The translations under genes were made by a program, and so were the position numbers. A stretch of 64,000 nucleotides of DNA from Candidatus Latescibacterota bacterium (GTDB lineage: Bacteria; Latescibacterota; UBA2968): contig OZ220741.1 in assembly GCA_965116885.1 (NCBI GenBank), forward strand, positions 1,696,001-1,760,000, written 5' to 3'. Under the pieces are notes generated by a model. It did no database searches and was not told the origin of the DNA. It worked only from the letters and a program-made list of their open reading frames with translations. Shown in pieces: positions 30,525-39,804 of this stretch (position 1 is its first letter; the number at the start of each line of letters is the position of its first letter).

Positions 30525-33248
30525 GTGATGCGCTCTGTATATTTGTCTCTTCTGCTCTGTCTTTTGCCGCTTCAAGTACTGGCAAGTTCGCCGCCCTATC
30601 AAAAGGTCACCGATGTTTCGCTTGCAGGGTCGCTTTCCATCCAGCATTATCGCCTCGCCAATGGGCTTCAGGTTGCGATTGTAGAGGACGATACCCGACC
30701 CGTTGTGACGTGTCAAATTGCCTATCGCGTGGGGTCTTCTCACGAAGCACCCGGCAGGCAGGGCATGGCGCATCTGGTTGAGCACCTGGCGGTGGATCGC
30801 TCATTCTTGGAATCGTTTCACCTTTCGGAGGCACCACATAGCAATGCTGGTACGTCGAAAGATGGTACGAGATACTACGCCACGGTTCCCAAAGCACAGT
30901 TGGACGCTCTGATCGCCAGTTTTGCACGGGGTATGACACAGTTTGATGTTTCTCAGGAAGCATTCGATCTCGAAAAAGAGGTGGTTCTGGCTGAATGGGC
31001 ACGCAGCGCCAATAGTGCGCGTCGGCTTCTGTATAAAAAGCTATATGCCCGCATGTTTGCAGGGCATCCCTATCGGTACGATATTTTGGGTCATCGTGAT
31101 ACGATTAAGACTTTTACCCTGGAGCAAGCAATCGCATTTCACAAGCGTTATTACGTGCCAAACAATGCATGTCTTGTAATTGTCGGCGATGTGAAAGAGG
31201 CTGATATTTTGCCCGTTTTGGTTCAACATTTTGGGAGGATTCCGAAGGACGAGGGGTTTATTCCAGACGATGTTGATACGCTGGATGTCGCATCTGTACC
31301 CCAGGATTCCATTCAATCTACAACTGATCTGCATTCTTCTGTTTGGGGTGTCTGGCATATTCCAACAGATACGCATCCAGACTCTTATCCTTTGTATTTG
31401 TTTGATAAAGCTCTTTTTGATGGTGAATATTCTCTTGCACGCCAAAGACTAATTGGTCCGGGAAAGGTTCTCGGGGTAAATTCCTATTTTCTCAATATGC
31501 GCGATAAAGATCTGTTTTATTATATAGCTGACTTACCTTCGGGTGCGCGTTATGAACCTGTGGTTTCGGCCATGCGACAAACTATTCAAGTAGCTATTGA
31601 TTTTTTTTCTGAAGACCGTCTTTTAGTGGCTAAAAACGAAGCGCGTAAGAGTTTATATCGCATGATAACCAGTCAGTCCCGTCTGGCAAACGCGATCTCT
31701 TTTGGATTCATTCGCACCAACGACCCTGCTTTTGATCTCAAGTGGATGCAGAATCTCGATGGGATTACTGTGGCAGATGTCAAGCGGGTGGTGAAGCAAT
31801 ATCTTTTAGATCAGCCGCCCCGCACCTTTGTCCTGGTCTCATCTCCAAAGCGACCACCATCGCGGCGCGTGTGGCTTTATGTGGGTGTTGTGTGGGTTCT
31901 CGTGGGCCTGGGAGGATACTGGTACTGGCGATGGCGAGTACTTGCGGTTGGATTATTTGCCGTTCTTGGTAGTGTTTCGGTAGCAGAGGCAGAAATCCCC
32001 AATCACAAGCTGTATTACGTGCAGGATACGCGCGTGCCGCAAACGCGGCTTTCAATGAGGTATTATACAGGAGGAGATCTGCAGGAGACAATGGATACGC
32101 GCGGTTTGTCCTTTGCGTTTTTTCGCTTGAATGATCTGGCATTACACGGAGAAGATAAAAAGGAGATGGATCGGCTTGGCGCAGAGTTCTGGTTCAATAT
32201 TTCTGATCGATACGTCACCGTTAACCTGACTGTGTTTAGTGAAAATTTGGATGCGGCCTTAAAACGCCTGAAAACGATGATGGAAGACCTAAAATTTTCT
32301 GAAGAATTGCTGAACAGAGAACGGGCGCGGATTATAGACGATTTTGAGGATTATGTTGATGACCATGAGGTGACAGGAATTTTTTCCTATCACTTATACC
32401 AGGGCAAGTACCGGCGAGAGGGCTCGCGCACAGCACTTGAAAATTTGGTGGCGCAAGACTTGCAACAATTTTGGGATCAAACCCTGCGTGCAAAAGTACT
32501 TTTTTTTACAGTGACTTCCGATCTGAGTAAGTCGGAAATTGAGCGCAGTTTGCGCGTGATGACGGATAACCGACCTCGGGATGGTTTTTCGCCACATCCC
32601 AGACCAAAACGCAAAGAAATCAGGGGTTTGCACGTTCTAATTCATTCCACAACACATTTGGCTGATTCTTATAATTGGATAACCAATGGCTTACCCCGCA
32701 CGCATGAGGATTGGTTTGCACAAACGGTTTTGGTCAATGCACTGGATCGCCTGTTGTTCGTTCGGTTTCGCGACCAGAAGGGCTGGTGTTATTCGACTGG
32801 CGTGAGTATTGACGAAACTAAGTCGCCTCCAATACTGCGTTTTTGGGCTGATCCTCGAGGTGTTTATACTTCTCAGCTTGTTCCCGAGATGTTTCGGTTG
32901 ATTTACCATTGTTTGTCTGAGCCAGATTTTTGGGAGCAGGTGAAGAAAGGTCGTGAAAGGCTCAAGCGGGCATATCATTTGCAACTCGGTCCGCAGACCA
33001 GGCTCAGTCAGCAGGTGCGCTATGACCGCGATGGGGTGCCCGCTCTTTCGCTGGAGGAATACGAGTCGGCTATTGATCGGGTGACGGAAGAGGATATTCG
33101 CCGCGTTTTCAGGCGACTGTTGAACTATCAGGTCAAAAATTTTTTGATGCTTTTTTACGGGGATGTCGATCGCATTAAAGATGCATTGAGGCGAGGGGAT
33201 ATCATGGGCAGGACAACGGTTTTTGATATTCAGACTCTGCGCGAGTAA
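30525..33248 (+). CDS. M16 (insulinase) zinc peptidase, two halves fused through an internal membrane segment
   Basis: LANGL, YRVGS, GMAHLVEH (HxxEH), HPY, YYVPNNA.LVIVGD; second inactive M16-like half after a hydrophobic linker. Confidence 0.85.
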   Translation: MMRSVYLSLLLCLLPLQVLASSPPYQKVTDVSLAGSLSIQHYRLANGLQVAIVEDDTRPVVTCQIAYRVGSSHEAPGRQGMAHLVEHLAVDRSFLESFHLSEAPHSNAGTSKDGTRYYATVPKAQLDALIASFARGMTQFDVSQEAFDLEKEVVLAEWARSANSARRLLYKKLYARMFAGHPYRYDILGHRDTIKTFTLEQAIAFHKRYYVPNNACLVIVGDVKEADILPVLVQHFGRIPKDEGFIPDDVDTLDVASVPQDSIQSTTDLHSSVWGVWHIPTDTHPDSYPLYLFDKALFDGEYSLARQRLIGPGKVLGVNSYFLNMRDKDLFYYIADLPSGARYEPVVSAMRQTIQVAIDFFSEDRLLVAKNEARKSLYRMITSQSRLANAISFGFIRTNDPAFDLKWMQNLDGITVADVKRVVKQYLLDQPPRTFVLVSSPKRPPSRRVWLYVGVVWVLVGLGGYWYWRWRVLAVGLFAVLGSVSVAEAEIPNHKLYYVQDTRVPQTRLSMRYYTGGDLQETMDTRGLSFAFFRLNDLALHGEDKKEMDRLGAEFWFNISDRYVTVNLTVFSENLDAALKRLKTMMEDLKFSEELLNRERARIIDDFEDYVDDHEVTGIFSYHLYQGKYRREGSRTALENLVAQDLQQFWDQTLRAKVLFFTVTSDLSKSEIERSLRVMTDNRPRDGFSPHPRPKRKEIRGLHVLIHSTTHLADSYNWITNGLPRTHEDWFAQTVLVNALDRLLFVRFRDQKGWCYSTGVSIDETKSPPILRFWADPRGVYTSQLVPEMFRLIYHCLSEPDFWEQVKKGRERLKRAYHLQLGPQTRLSQQVRYDRDGVPALSLEEYESAIDRVTEEDIRRVFRRLLNYQVKNFLMLFYGDVDRIKDALRRGDIMGRTTVFDIQTLRE

Positions 33249-33301
33249 TAATTTTCGTCTATACTCTTGACGTTGTTTTTGAAGTTGGCTATGTTTTATA
33301 T

Positions 33302-33378
33302 GCCGCGGGTTGCCTCAGCATTTCTGTTTATTTCCTCCCTCCCGATAAATAGAGTGCTGTTGGCAGCCCGCTTTTTTT
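33302..33378 (+). ncRNA. Candidate sRNA A (long hairpin, C-rich loop UUCCUCCCUCCCG)
   Basis: TTGACG-N17-TATGTT promoter (33267-33295); ~25-bp interrupted stem with plus-strand G.U pairs; T7 tail. Confidence 0.6.
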
Positions 33379-33414
33379 ATTGACAGGGTTATTTTTGGAA
33401 TTTATTTTGATTTT

Positions 33415-33471
33415 GTAGCAGAAGTACAAAGCCTTTGAGGGTGTCGGGAGGGAGCCCTCAAAGGTTTTTTT
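33415..33471 (+). ncRNA. Candidate sRNA B (hairpin, G-rich loop complementary to sRNA A loop)
   Basis: TTGACA-N17-TATTTT promoter (33380-33408); stem 33428-33467; T-tract. Confidence 0.55.
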
Positions 33472-33481
33472 GTTTATAAAT

Positions 33482-33648
33482 AAAAAAGAGGCGCCGGTTG
33501 GGAGGGTATAACCAACGCCTCAAGGGATGTTGCATGGTACTGGGTTAGACGCATTTGTACAGAAAAGAGTTCCAAGAAAGAGTAACGGCGTTGACTCAGC
33601 CGGGGTATAGGAGTCAACGCCGATATTTTTGCGACACGCTTTGTCGCA
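33482..33648 (-). ncRNA. Candidate convergent multi-hairpin RNA C with AUACCC loops
   Basis: Hairpins at 33630-33648, 33586-33622 (12-bp perfect) and 33488-33521 (G.U on minus strand, U6 tail); no clear promoter found. Confidence 0.4.
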
Positions 33649-33778
33649 TATTCTTTTACTTTTAAGGGGTGGAAAGGTTCCCAAAAGGTGTGATTTTTTA
33701 TGCGTTCAAACAAGTTTTAACTTTTTGTTTTATGGTATATATTGTTGAATCTCTAAAAGATGTGACCATGGAGAAGAT

Positions 33779-35287
33779 ATGCTGAATAAACAAATAGAAC
33801 GCTGGGGGCTGTGGCTCGGTCCGATAATTGGGCTGAGTGTCACGGTTTTTGGAGATCTCAAGCCGGGACATCCCGAGGTGACACATACGGCAGGTGTGGC
33901 CTGCTGGATGGCGGTTTGGTGGATGACAGAGGCCGTGCCTTTGGCTGCGACGGCACTGTTGCCCGTGGTGCTGTTTCCCCTGCTGGGTATTATGAGCGGG
34001 CAAGAGGTTGCGCCACTTTATTTGAATCACATTATCTTTTTGTTTGTCGGTGGTTTTATGGTGGCACTGTCCATGCAGCGCTGGAATTTACACCGGCGAA
34101 TTGCCCTTCGCTTGCTGCTTCTTTTTGGGGGGTGTCCCCGGTGTATCCTGACGGGTTTTATGCTGGTAACGGCGTTTTTGTCCATGTGGATTTCCAATAC
34201 GGCGACAACGATGATGATGGTGCCTATTGCGCTTGCAATTGTGGTCAGGATGGAAGAGCAGGGTGTGGCATCTGGTTCTTTTGGCACGGCGGTGTTTCTG
34301 GGGGTGGCTTATGCGGCTTCAATTGGTGGGAGCGCAACGCTTGTAGGCACGCCGACCAATTTGTCTTTTGTGAGGATTTTATCCATTCATTTTGCAGAGG
34401 TTCCCGAGATTTCATTTGCGACGTGGTTTGCGTTTGCTCTGCCTCTGGCATGCGTGATGCTCGTTTGTGCGTGGGGCGCGCTTTGTCTCGTTTTTGGTAT
34501 TCGCGGTCGCGGCGATGATATTGATCTGAGCGTGGTGCGAACGCAATATGCCGAGTTGGGGCCGATGTCGTTTGCAGAGAAGGTCGTGCTGGCCGATTTT
34601 GTGTTGTTGGCGCTGTTGTGGTTGTCGAGACGCCCCGTCCAAATTGGCGATTGGACGCTGCCGGGCTGGTCTCAGTTTTTCGAATCTGGCGGATTGATAA
34701 CCGATGGGTCGGTTGCTATGGCAATGGCTTTGATTTTATTTGTCGTGCCCGCGCGAGATGGTGCGAAATCCAGGGTGATGGATTGGCAAACGGCTGGCAA
34801 TGTGCCCTGGCATATTGTTTTGCTGATTGGCGGTGGATTTGCTCTGGCAAGTGGGTTTAAGGAGTCGGGGTTGTCGCTCTGGTGCGCGCAGCAACTGGAG
34901 GGTATGGGGCGCTTGCATCCTCTATTTTTGGTCGGTGGTTTGTGTGTGATGATGACTTTTTTGACTGAGTTGACTTCCAATACGGCAACGGCAGAGATGT
35001 TTCTTCCGGTTTTGGCGGCGTTGTCTGTGGCGGTGGGTCTCAATCCATTGTTGCTGATGATTCCGGCCACGTTGTCGTGTTCTTGTGCGTTTATGTTGCC
35101 GGTAGCTACGCCGCCCAATGCAATTGTGTTTGGCACGGATAGAATTTCCATGCGCGATATGGCGCGCGTGGGTGTGTGGTTGAATTTGGTTGGGGCGGTG
35201 ATGATTACTGCTGCGATTGCTGTTGTTGGTCGCGTTGTGCTGGGTATTGAACTCGAAGTGATGCCCGATTGGGCGAAGATTCAATAG
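33779..35287 (+). CDS. SLC13/DASS-family Na+:di/tricarboxylate or sulfate symporter
   Basis: WWMTEAVP, SMWISNTAT, TLVGTPTN, TELTSNTAT, FMLPVATPPNAIV. Confidence 0.93.
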   Translation: MLNKQIERWGLWLGPIIGLSVTVFGDLKPGHPEVTHTAGVACWMAVWWMTEAVPLAATALLPVVLFPLLGIMSGQEVAPLYLNHIIFLFVGGFMVALSMQRWNLHRRIALRLLLLFGGCPRCILTGFMLVTAFLSMWISNTATTMMMVPIALAIVVRMEEQGVASGSFGTAVFLGVAYAASIGGSATLVGTPTNLSFVRILSIHFAEVPEISFATWFAFALPLACVMLVCAWGALCLVFGIRGRGDDIDLSVVRTQYAELGPMSFAEKVVLADFVLLALLWLSRRPVQIGDWTLPGWSQFFESGGLITDGSVAMAMALILFVVPARDGAKSRVMDWQTAGNVPWHIVLLIGGGFALASGFKESGLSLWCAQQLEGMGRLHPLFLVGGLCVMMTFLTELTSNTATAEMFLPVLAALSVAVGLNPLLLMIPATLSCSCAFMLPVATPPNAIVFGTDRISMRDMARVGVWLNLVGAVMITAAIAVVGRVVLGIELEVMPDWAKIQ

Positions 35288-35300
35288 GTGGGAGGCAGCG

Positions 35301-37076
35301 TCAATCCGCGACCTGCGATTCGCGGGTTGTAATGCGCGATAGTATTTCTCCGTTGCGCGTGAGGTCTTGCGCCCGAACCATGCGCGCATAGAGTCCATCG
35401 CGGTCGATGAGGGAACTGTGGTTGCCCGTTTCAACTACGCGCCCTTTGTCGAGTACAGCAATGGCAGGCGACCGGCGCACAGTGGAGAGGCGATGGGCAA
35501 TGACGAGGGTGGTGCGATTTTGCGTGAGGCGATAAAGGGCTTCTTGAATAAGTGCTTCGGTTTCGACGTCCACAGAAGATGTGGCTTCGTCAAGGATGAG
35601 GATGGGGGCGTCTTTAAGCAGTGCTCGGGCTATAGAGAGGCGTTGTTTTTCTCCGCCGGATAAGCGCACGCCGCGTTCTCCAATGACGGTGTCATATCCT
35701 TTGGGCAGGGCGCAGATAAAGGCATGGGCATTAGCTGCTTGTGCGGCTTTTCGCACCGTGCGTTCGGTCGCATCTGGATGACCGAAGATCAGATTTTCAT
35801 ATACTGTGCCGTGAAATAAGAAGACGTCTTGAAGGACTGAGGCGATGTTTTGGCGCACAAAAGAGAGGGGCAGGTCGCGCAGGTCATATCCGCCAATGCG
35901 AATCGCGCCCTGTTGGGGGTCATAAAATCGGGGCAAGAGGTTGGCAAGGGTTGATTTGCCAGCGCCCGTGGGGCCGACGAGTGCGAGAATATCTCCTTCG
36001 TCAATGTACAGGTCGATGTCGTGCAAGACGGGTGTGTTGGGATCATAGCCGAAGGTGAGTGCGTCGATATGGATATCCCATGTGATGGTTTTGGGTGCGG
36101 TTACACCGGGCGCGTCGGTAATTTCCGGACGGATGGCGAGGAGTTGAAAAACGCGGTCTGTGCTGGCGGCGGCTTTTTGCAATACATCGTTAAAAGACGC
36201 CAGTTGCAAAAAAGGCTGGTAGATGTGGCCCATATAGACAATGAAGACAAATAGATCAGCTACCGAGATGCTGTCGCTGAGGGCCATATTGCCACCGCTC
36301 CAGATGACGAGTACAATGCCCAGTCCTCCTGTGGCTTCGATGATGCCAGCGGGCAGGAGCGAGACTGTGTTGGCTTTGATCAAGCGGTCGTGAAAGGTGG
36401 CACTGCGGTGGGTTACCTGGCGGGCGCATTCCCGTTCGCGAGCAAATGATTTGATGACGGCAATGCCCGACATGTTATCTTGCACGAGGGCGGCGAGTTC
36501 AGAGAGCCGCTCGCGCACAGCATGCCACATGGCGCGCACTTTGGATACATAGCGATAGACGAGAAATGCCGTGAGCGGAATGGGCAATATGGCGATGATG
36601 GCGAGTTCTGGGTTGAGGTAAAAGAGCACGGCAACCATGGATATGGGGATAACCGTGGCAAGCGCGGTTTCGGGTATGCCGTGTGCAATAAAGTCTTCGA
36701 TGGCTTCGATGTCGTTGATGGAGCGGGCCATGAGATTGCCGGTGCGCTGGCGATTGAAAAAGCTGTGGGATAGGTTTTGCAGGTGCTTGTACACGCGCGT
36801 CATAAGTGCGTGCATCACGCGATAGGCAGTGACGTGGGAAAAAAAGCCATAACCATAACGGGAGACACCGCGAAGCAGATAAATCCCGAGGAGTAAGAGG
36901 CTGACTTCTATGAGGTCCCCTGCGGGTTTTGCTTCGGTGAGCCACTGGATGAGTTTGCGGATGAGCAATGGTGGGATGAGATTGGCCGCTGCAAAGATAA
37001 GCCCACAGGCGATGCAGCATGCCATAAAGAGACGGCGCCCTTCGAGCAGGTCGTAGATTTGTTTGATAAAGGCCAT
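35301..37076 (-). CDS. ABC exporter, fused permease/ATPase (MsbA-like)
   Basis: TM domain plus GPTGAGKS, LSGGEKQR, ILDEATS, IAHRLST; start moved to MAFIKQ. Confidence 0.93.
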   Translation of the reverse strand: MAFIKQIYDLLEGRRLFMACCIACGLIFAAANLIPPLLIRKLIQWLTEAKPAGDLIEVSLLLLGIYLLRGVSRYGYGFFSHVTAYRVMHALMTRVYKHLQNLSHSFFNRQRTGNLMARSINDIEAIEDFIAHGIPETALATVIPISMVAVLFYLNPELAIIAILPIPLTAFLVYRYVSKVRAMWHAVRERLSELAALVQDNMSGIAVIKSFARERECARQVTHRSATFHDRLIKANTVSLLPAGIIEATGGLGIVLVIWSGGNMALSDSISVADLFVFIVYMGHIYQPFLQLASFNDVLQKAAASTDRVFQLLAIRPEITDAPGVTAPKTITWDIHIDALTFGYDPNTPVLHDIDLYIDEGDILALVGPTGAGKSTLANLLPRFYDPQQGAIRIGGYDLRDLPLSFVRQNIASVLQDVFLFHGTVYENLIFGHPDATERTVRKAAQAANAHAFICALPKGYDTVIGERGVRLSGGEKQRLSIARALLKDAPILILDEATSSVDVETEALIQEALYRLTQNRTTLVIAHRLSTVRRSPAIAVLDKGRVVETGNHSSLIDRDGLYARMVRAQDLTRNGEILSRITTRESQVAD

Positions 37077-37154
37077 AAATCTGTTGTGGTTTGAGGTTCG
37101 TTGTGGTTGTGACCCAAACCTATTATTTGATGGGATAGAAGTCAAGAAAATAGA

Positions 37155-38177
37155 ATGGAGAAAACGACTATGGTGATTAAAACAGAAGAAGAATTGATCG
37201 ATCAGATGACGACCCCGTCGCCCGAAGTGGTCGAGGCTGTGTCAAAGTTAGATGGTCCCGTGATGATTTTGGGTATCGCGGGAAAGATGGGACCGACTTT
37301 GGCAGAGTTGCTACTGCGCGCTGGCGCAGATGAGGTGATTGGCGTGTCGCGGTTTTCCAATCCGCCGGATCGCGATGATCTGGAGTCGCGGGGTATTGCG
37401 ACGATCAAGTGCGATTTGCTGGACGATGAAGGGCTGGCGCGGTTGCCTCGCGTGCCGTATCTCTATTTAATGGCCGGGCATAAGTTTGGAGCAACGGGCA
37501 ATGAGCCGTTGACCTGGGCGATGAATGCGGTATTGCCCGCAAAGGTTATGCAACAGTTTCCAGAGTCGCGCGTTGTTTATGTGTCTTCTGGCAATGTTTA
37601 CGAATTTGCTTCGGTGACGGGGTCGGGTGCTCGGGAGGATGCTGCTGTCAATCCGATTGGCGAATACGCCATGTCCCGGCTGGGCGGTGAACGGCTTGCC
37701 GAGTTTTATTGCAAAGAGAATCGAACGCCTCTGGCAATTGTGCGTTTGTTTTACGCGACTGAGTTGCGCTATGGCATCATTTTGGATATTGCCGAGAAAA
37801 TTAAATCCGAGACGCCTATTGATCTGTCTATGGGCCATGTCAACCAGATCTGGCAGGGCGATGCGAATGCGTATTTGGCGCGGATGTTTCCGCTTTGTGC
37901 ATGTCCTGCGCGGGTGGTGAATATGACGGGTAGGGATGTGTTGTCGGTGCGCGATTTGGCTTTGCAACTGGGCGAGCATATCGGTATTGATCCCGTGTTT
38001 GAAGGCGAAGAGCGCGAGACGGCATTGTTGGGCGATGCAGGGGTGCTGTTTGAGGAGATGGGGGTGCCGCAGGTTTCTGTTGAAGAAATTGTCTCGTGGG
38101 TTGCACACTGGGTTATGAGCGATGGTCGCACGCTGGGCAAACCGACAAAATACGAGTCGAGGACAGGGGCGTTTTAG
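37155..38177 (+). CDS. NAD-dependent epimerase/dehydratase family protein
   Basis: ILGIAGKMG Rossmann motif, SSGNVY, GEYAMSRLGGER. Confidence 0.85.
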   Translation: MEKTTMVIKTEEELIDQMTTPSPEVVEAVSKLDGPVMILGIAGKMGPTLAELLLRAGADEVIGVSRFSNPPDRDDLESRGIATIKCDLLDDEGLARLPRVPYLYLMAGHKFGATGNEPLTWAMNAVLPAKVMQQFPESRVVYVSSGNVYEFASVTGSGAREDAAVNPIGEYAMSRLGGERLAEFYCKENRTPLAIVRLFYATELRYGIILDIAEKIKSETPIDLSMGHVNQIWQGDANAYLARMFPLCACPARVVNMTGRDVLSVRDLALQLGEHIGIDPVFEGEERETALLGDAGVLFEEMGVPQVSVEEIVSWVAHWVMSDGRTLGKPTKYESRTGAF

Positions 38178-38225
38178 GCGTGTGATCCGCAGATAAAAAA
38201 GAGGGGCTGTGAAGTGTGAACAACC

Positions 38226-38249
38226 GTAGGGGCGAGGCATGCCTCGCCC
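38226..38249 (+). repeat. GTAG-type REP palindrome
   Basis: Identical to the 5814 and 62547 copies. Confidence 0.85.
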
Positions 38250-38267
38250 TTCATTAAGGAGTATGAC

Positions 38268-39566
38268 ATGATAAAAGCAGGGATTTCAGAGGTGAATATC
38301 ACGCCGCCAGTAGGGATTTCAATGTGCGGATTTGCAGCGCGCGGAGGACCATCTGAGGCGATACACGACGAGTTGTACGCCAGGGTACTGGTGCTGGATG
38401 ACGACAAGACGCAGGTCGCAATTGTGGGGGCCGATGTGATTAGTTTTGCGCCGGATCTGGTCAATCGGATTCGGGATTTGGTTGAGCATTCGGTCGGGAT
38501 TCCCGGGGGACATATTTTGCTCAATGGGTCTCATTCCCATTCGGGACCCTCTGTGATGGCTTTTCGATGTATGGGCGATCGCGATGCAGCTTATGAAGAT
38601 GTGCTGTGTCGCAAGGTTGTTGGGGCAATTAAAATGGCGGCAGAAGGATTGATACCCGCATCGCTTTCGCATGGGCGAGAATCCGTGCGTATTGCACATA
38701 ACCGCAGGGAGATGCGCGATGGTCGCATTGTGCTGGGCCATCATCCCAAAGGTCCCGAAGCACCCTGGGTTGATGTGGTGCGCGTGGATACAGCAGGCGG
38801 TGTACCTGTAGCTGTTGTATTCGCGACTGCGGCGCATCCCGTGAATTTGAATGCGCTATCGATCAGTGCAGAGTTTCCGGGATATGCCGCGCAATTTGTG
38901 AGGGATAATTTGGCGATGCCTCTGTTTTTGCAGGGTTGTTGTGGGGATATCAATTGTTCTCCAAAGGATGGGAAATTTGAGGGATGCGAGTTGTTGGGCA
39001 CGCGTCTGGGCGCGGCCACGGTGAAGGCTGCATTACATGCCGAGAGGCTGGAGGGTGATGAGTTGACGGTGAATAACCGGGTTGTCGAATTGCCTCTTAT
39101 GGTACCCGATGTCGATGAGGCAGAGAGAGCACTTGCAGATGCCACGGCGAATTTGCAACGCGTGCGAGAAGACAAAAACATAACGCCTTACCGACGTCGC
39201 CAACAATACGAGGGGATGGTCGGGTGGGCGAGAGATTATGTGCAGGCTGCGAGGAGAGGGGGAAGTCCAACAGAGTCGTTTGAGATTCAGACCATGCATA
39301 TTGGCAATTTGGCAGTGGTGGGATACCCGGGAGAGATGTTTGTCGATTACCAGTTGTTTTTAGATGGTGCTTCTCCTTTTGATAGAACTATCGCACTGGG
39401 ATATACCAATGGATGTATTGGATATGTTCCGACTGCGGATGCCTATCCTGTTGGTGGATATGAAGTCGAACAAGCTTTTAAATATTATGGAACATTGATG
39501 ATAGGTGCGGAGTGTGAAGATATAATTAAAACGACTACGGTTGATCTGCTAAAAGAGATGACATAA
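38268..39566 (+). CDS. Neutral/alkaline ceramidase-like hydrolase
   Basis: ITPPVG, HDELYAR, SHSHSGP, AHP, SAEFPG, QGCCGDIN, PGEMF, GYVPT...YE. Confidence 0.75.
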   Translation: MIKAGISEVNITPPVGISMCGFAARGGPSEAIHDELYARVLVLDDDKTQVAIVGADVISFAPDLVNRIRDLVEHSVGIPGGHILLNGSHSHSGPSVMAFRCMGDRDAAYEDVLCRKVVGAIKMAAEGLIPASLSHGRESVRIAHNRREMRDGRIVLGHHPKGPEAPWVDVVRVDTAGGVPVAVVFATAAHPVNLNALSISAEFPGYAAQFVRDNLAMPLFLQGCCGDINCSPKDGKFEGCELLGTRLGAATVKAALHAERLEGDELTVNNRVVELPLMVPDVDEAERALADATANLQRVREDKNITPYRRRQQYEGMVGWARDYVQAARRGGSPTESFEIQTMHIGNLAVVGYPGEMFVDYQLFLDGASPFDRTIALGYTNGCIGYVPTADAYPVGGYEVEQAFKYYGTLMIGAECEDIIKTTTVDLLKEMT

Positions 39567-39804
39567 TTGAAAAAAGTGTCTATATATTGTATAATAAAGC
39601 ATTTATACCACTTGAAATTGTAGAAAATGCTTGACAAATAGTGTGTATTATCATAGATATATTTTTTGAGAGAGTATTTATTTTTTGTTGGTTCTCTATA
39701 AGCACAGATTATGTGTACACCGAGAGCCACCACATCGCATCAAGCCATATGCCGACAGTACACATGGTACGGGGAGCCATTATCGGTACTGTTGTGGAGA
39801 CTCA

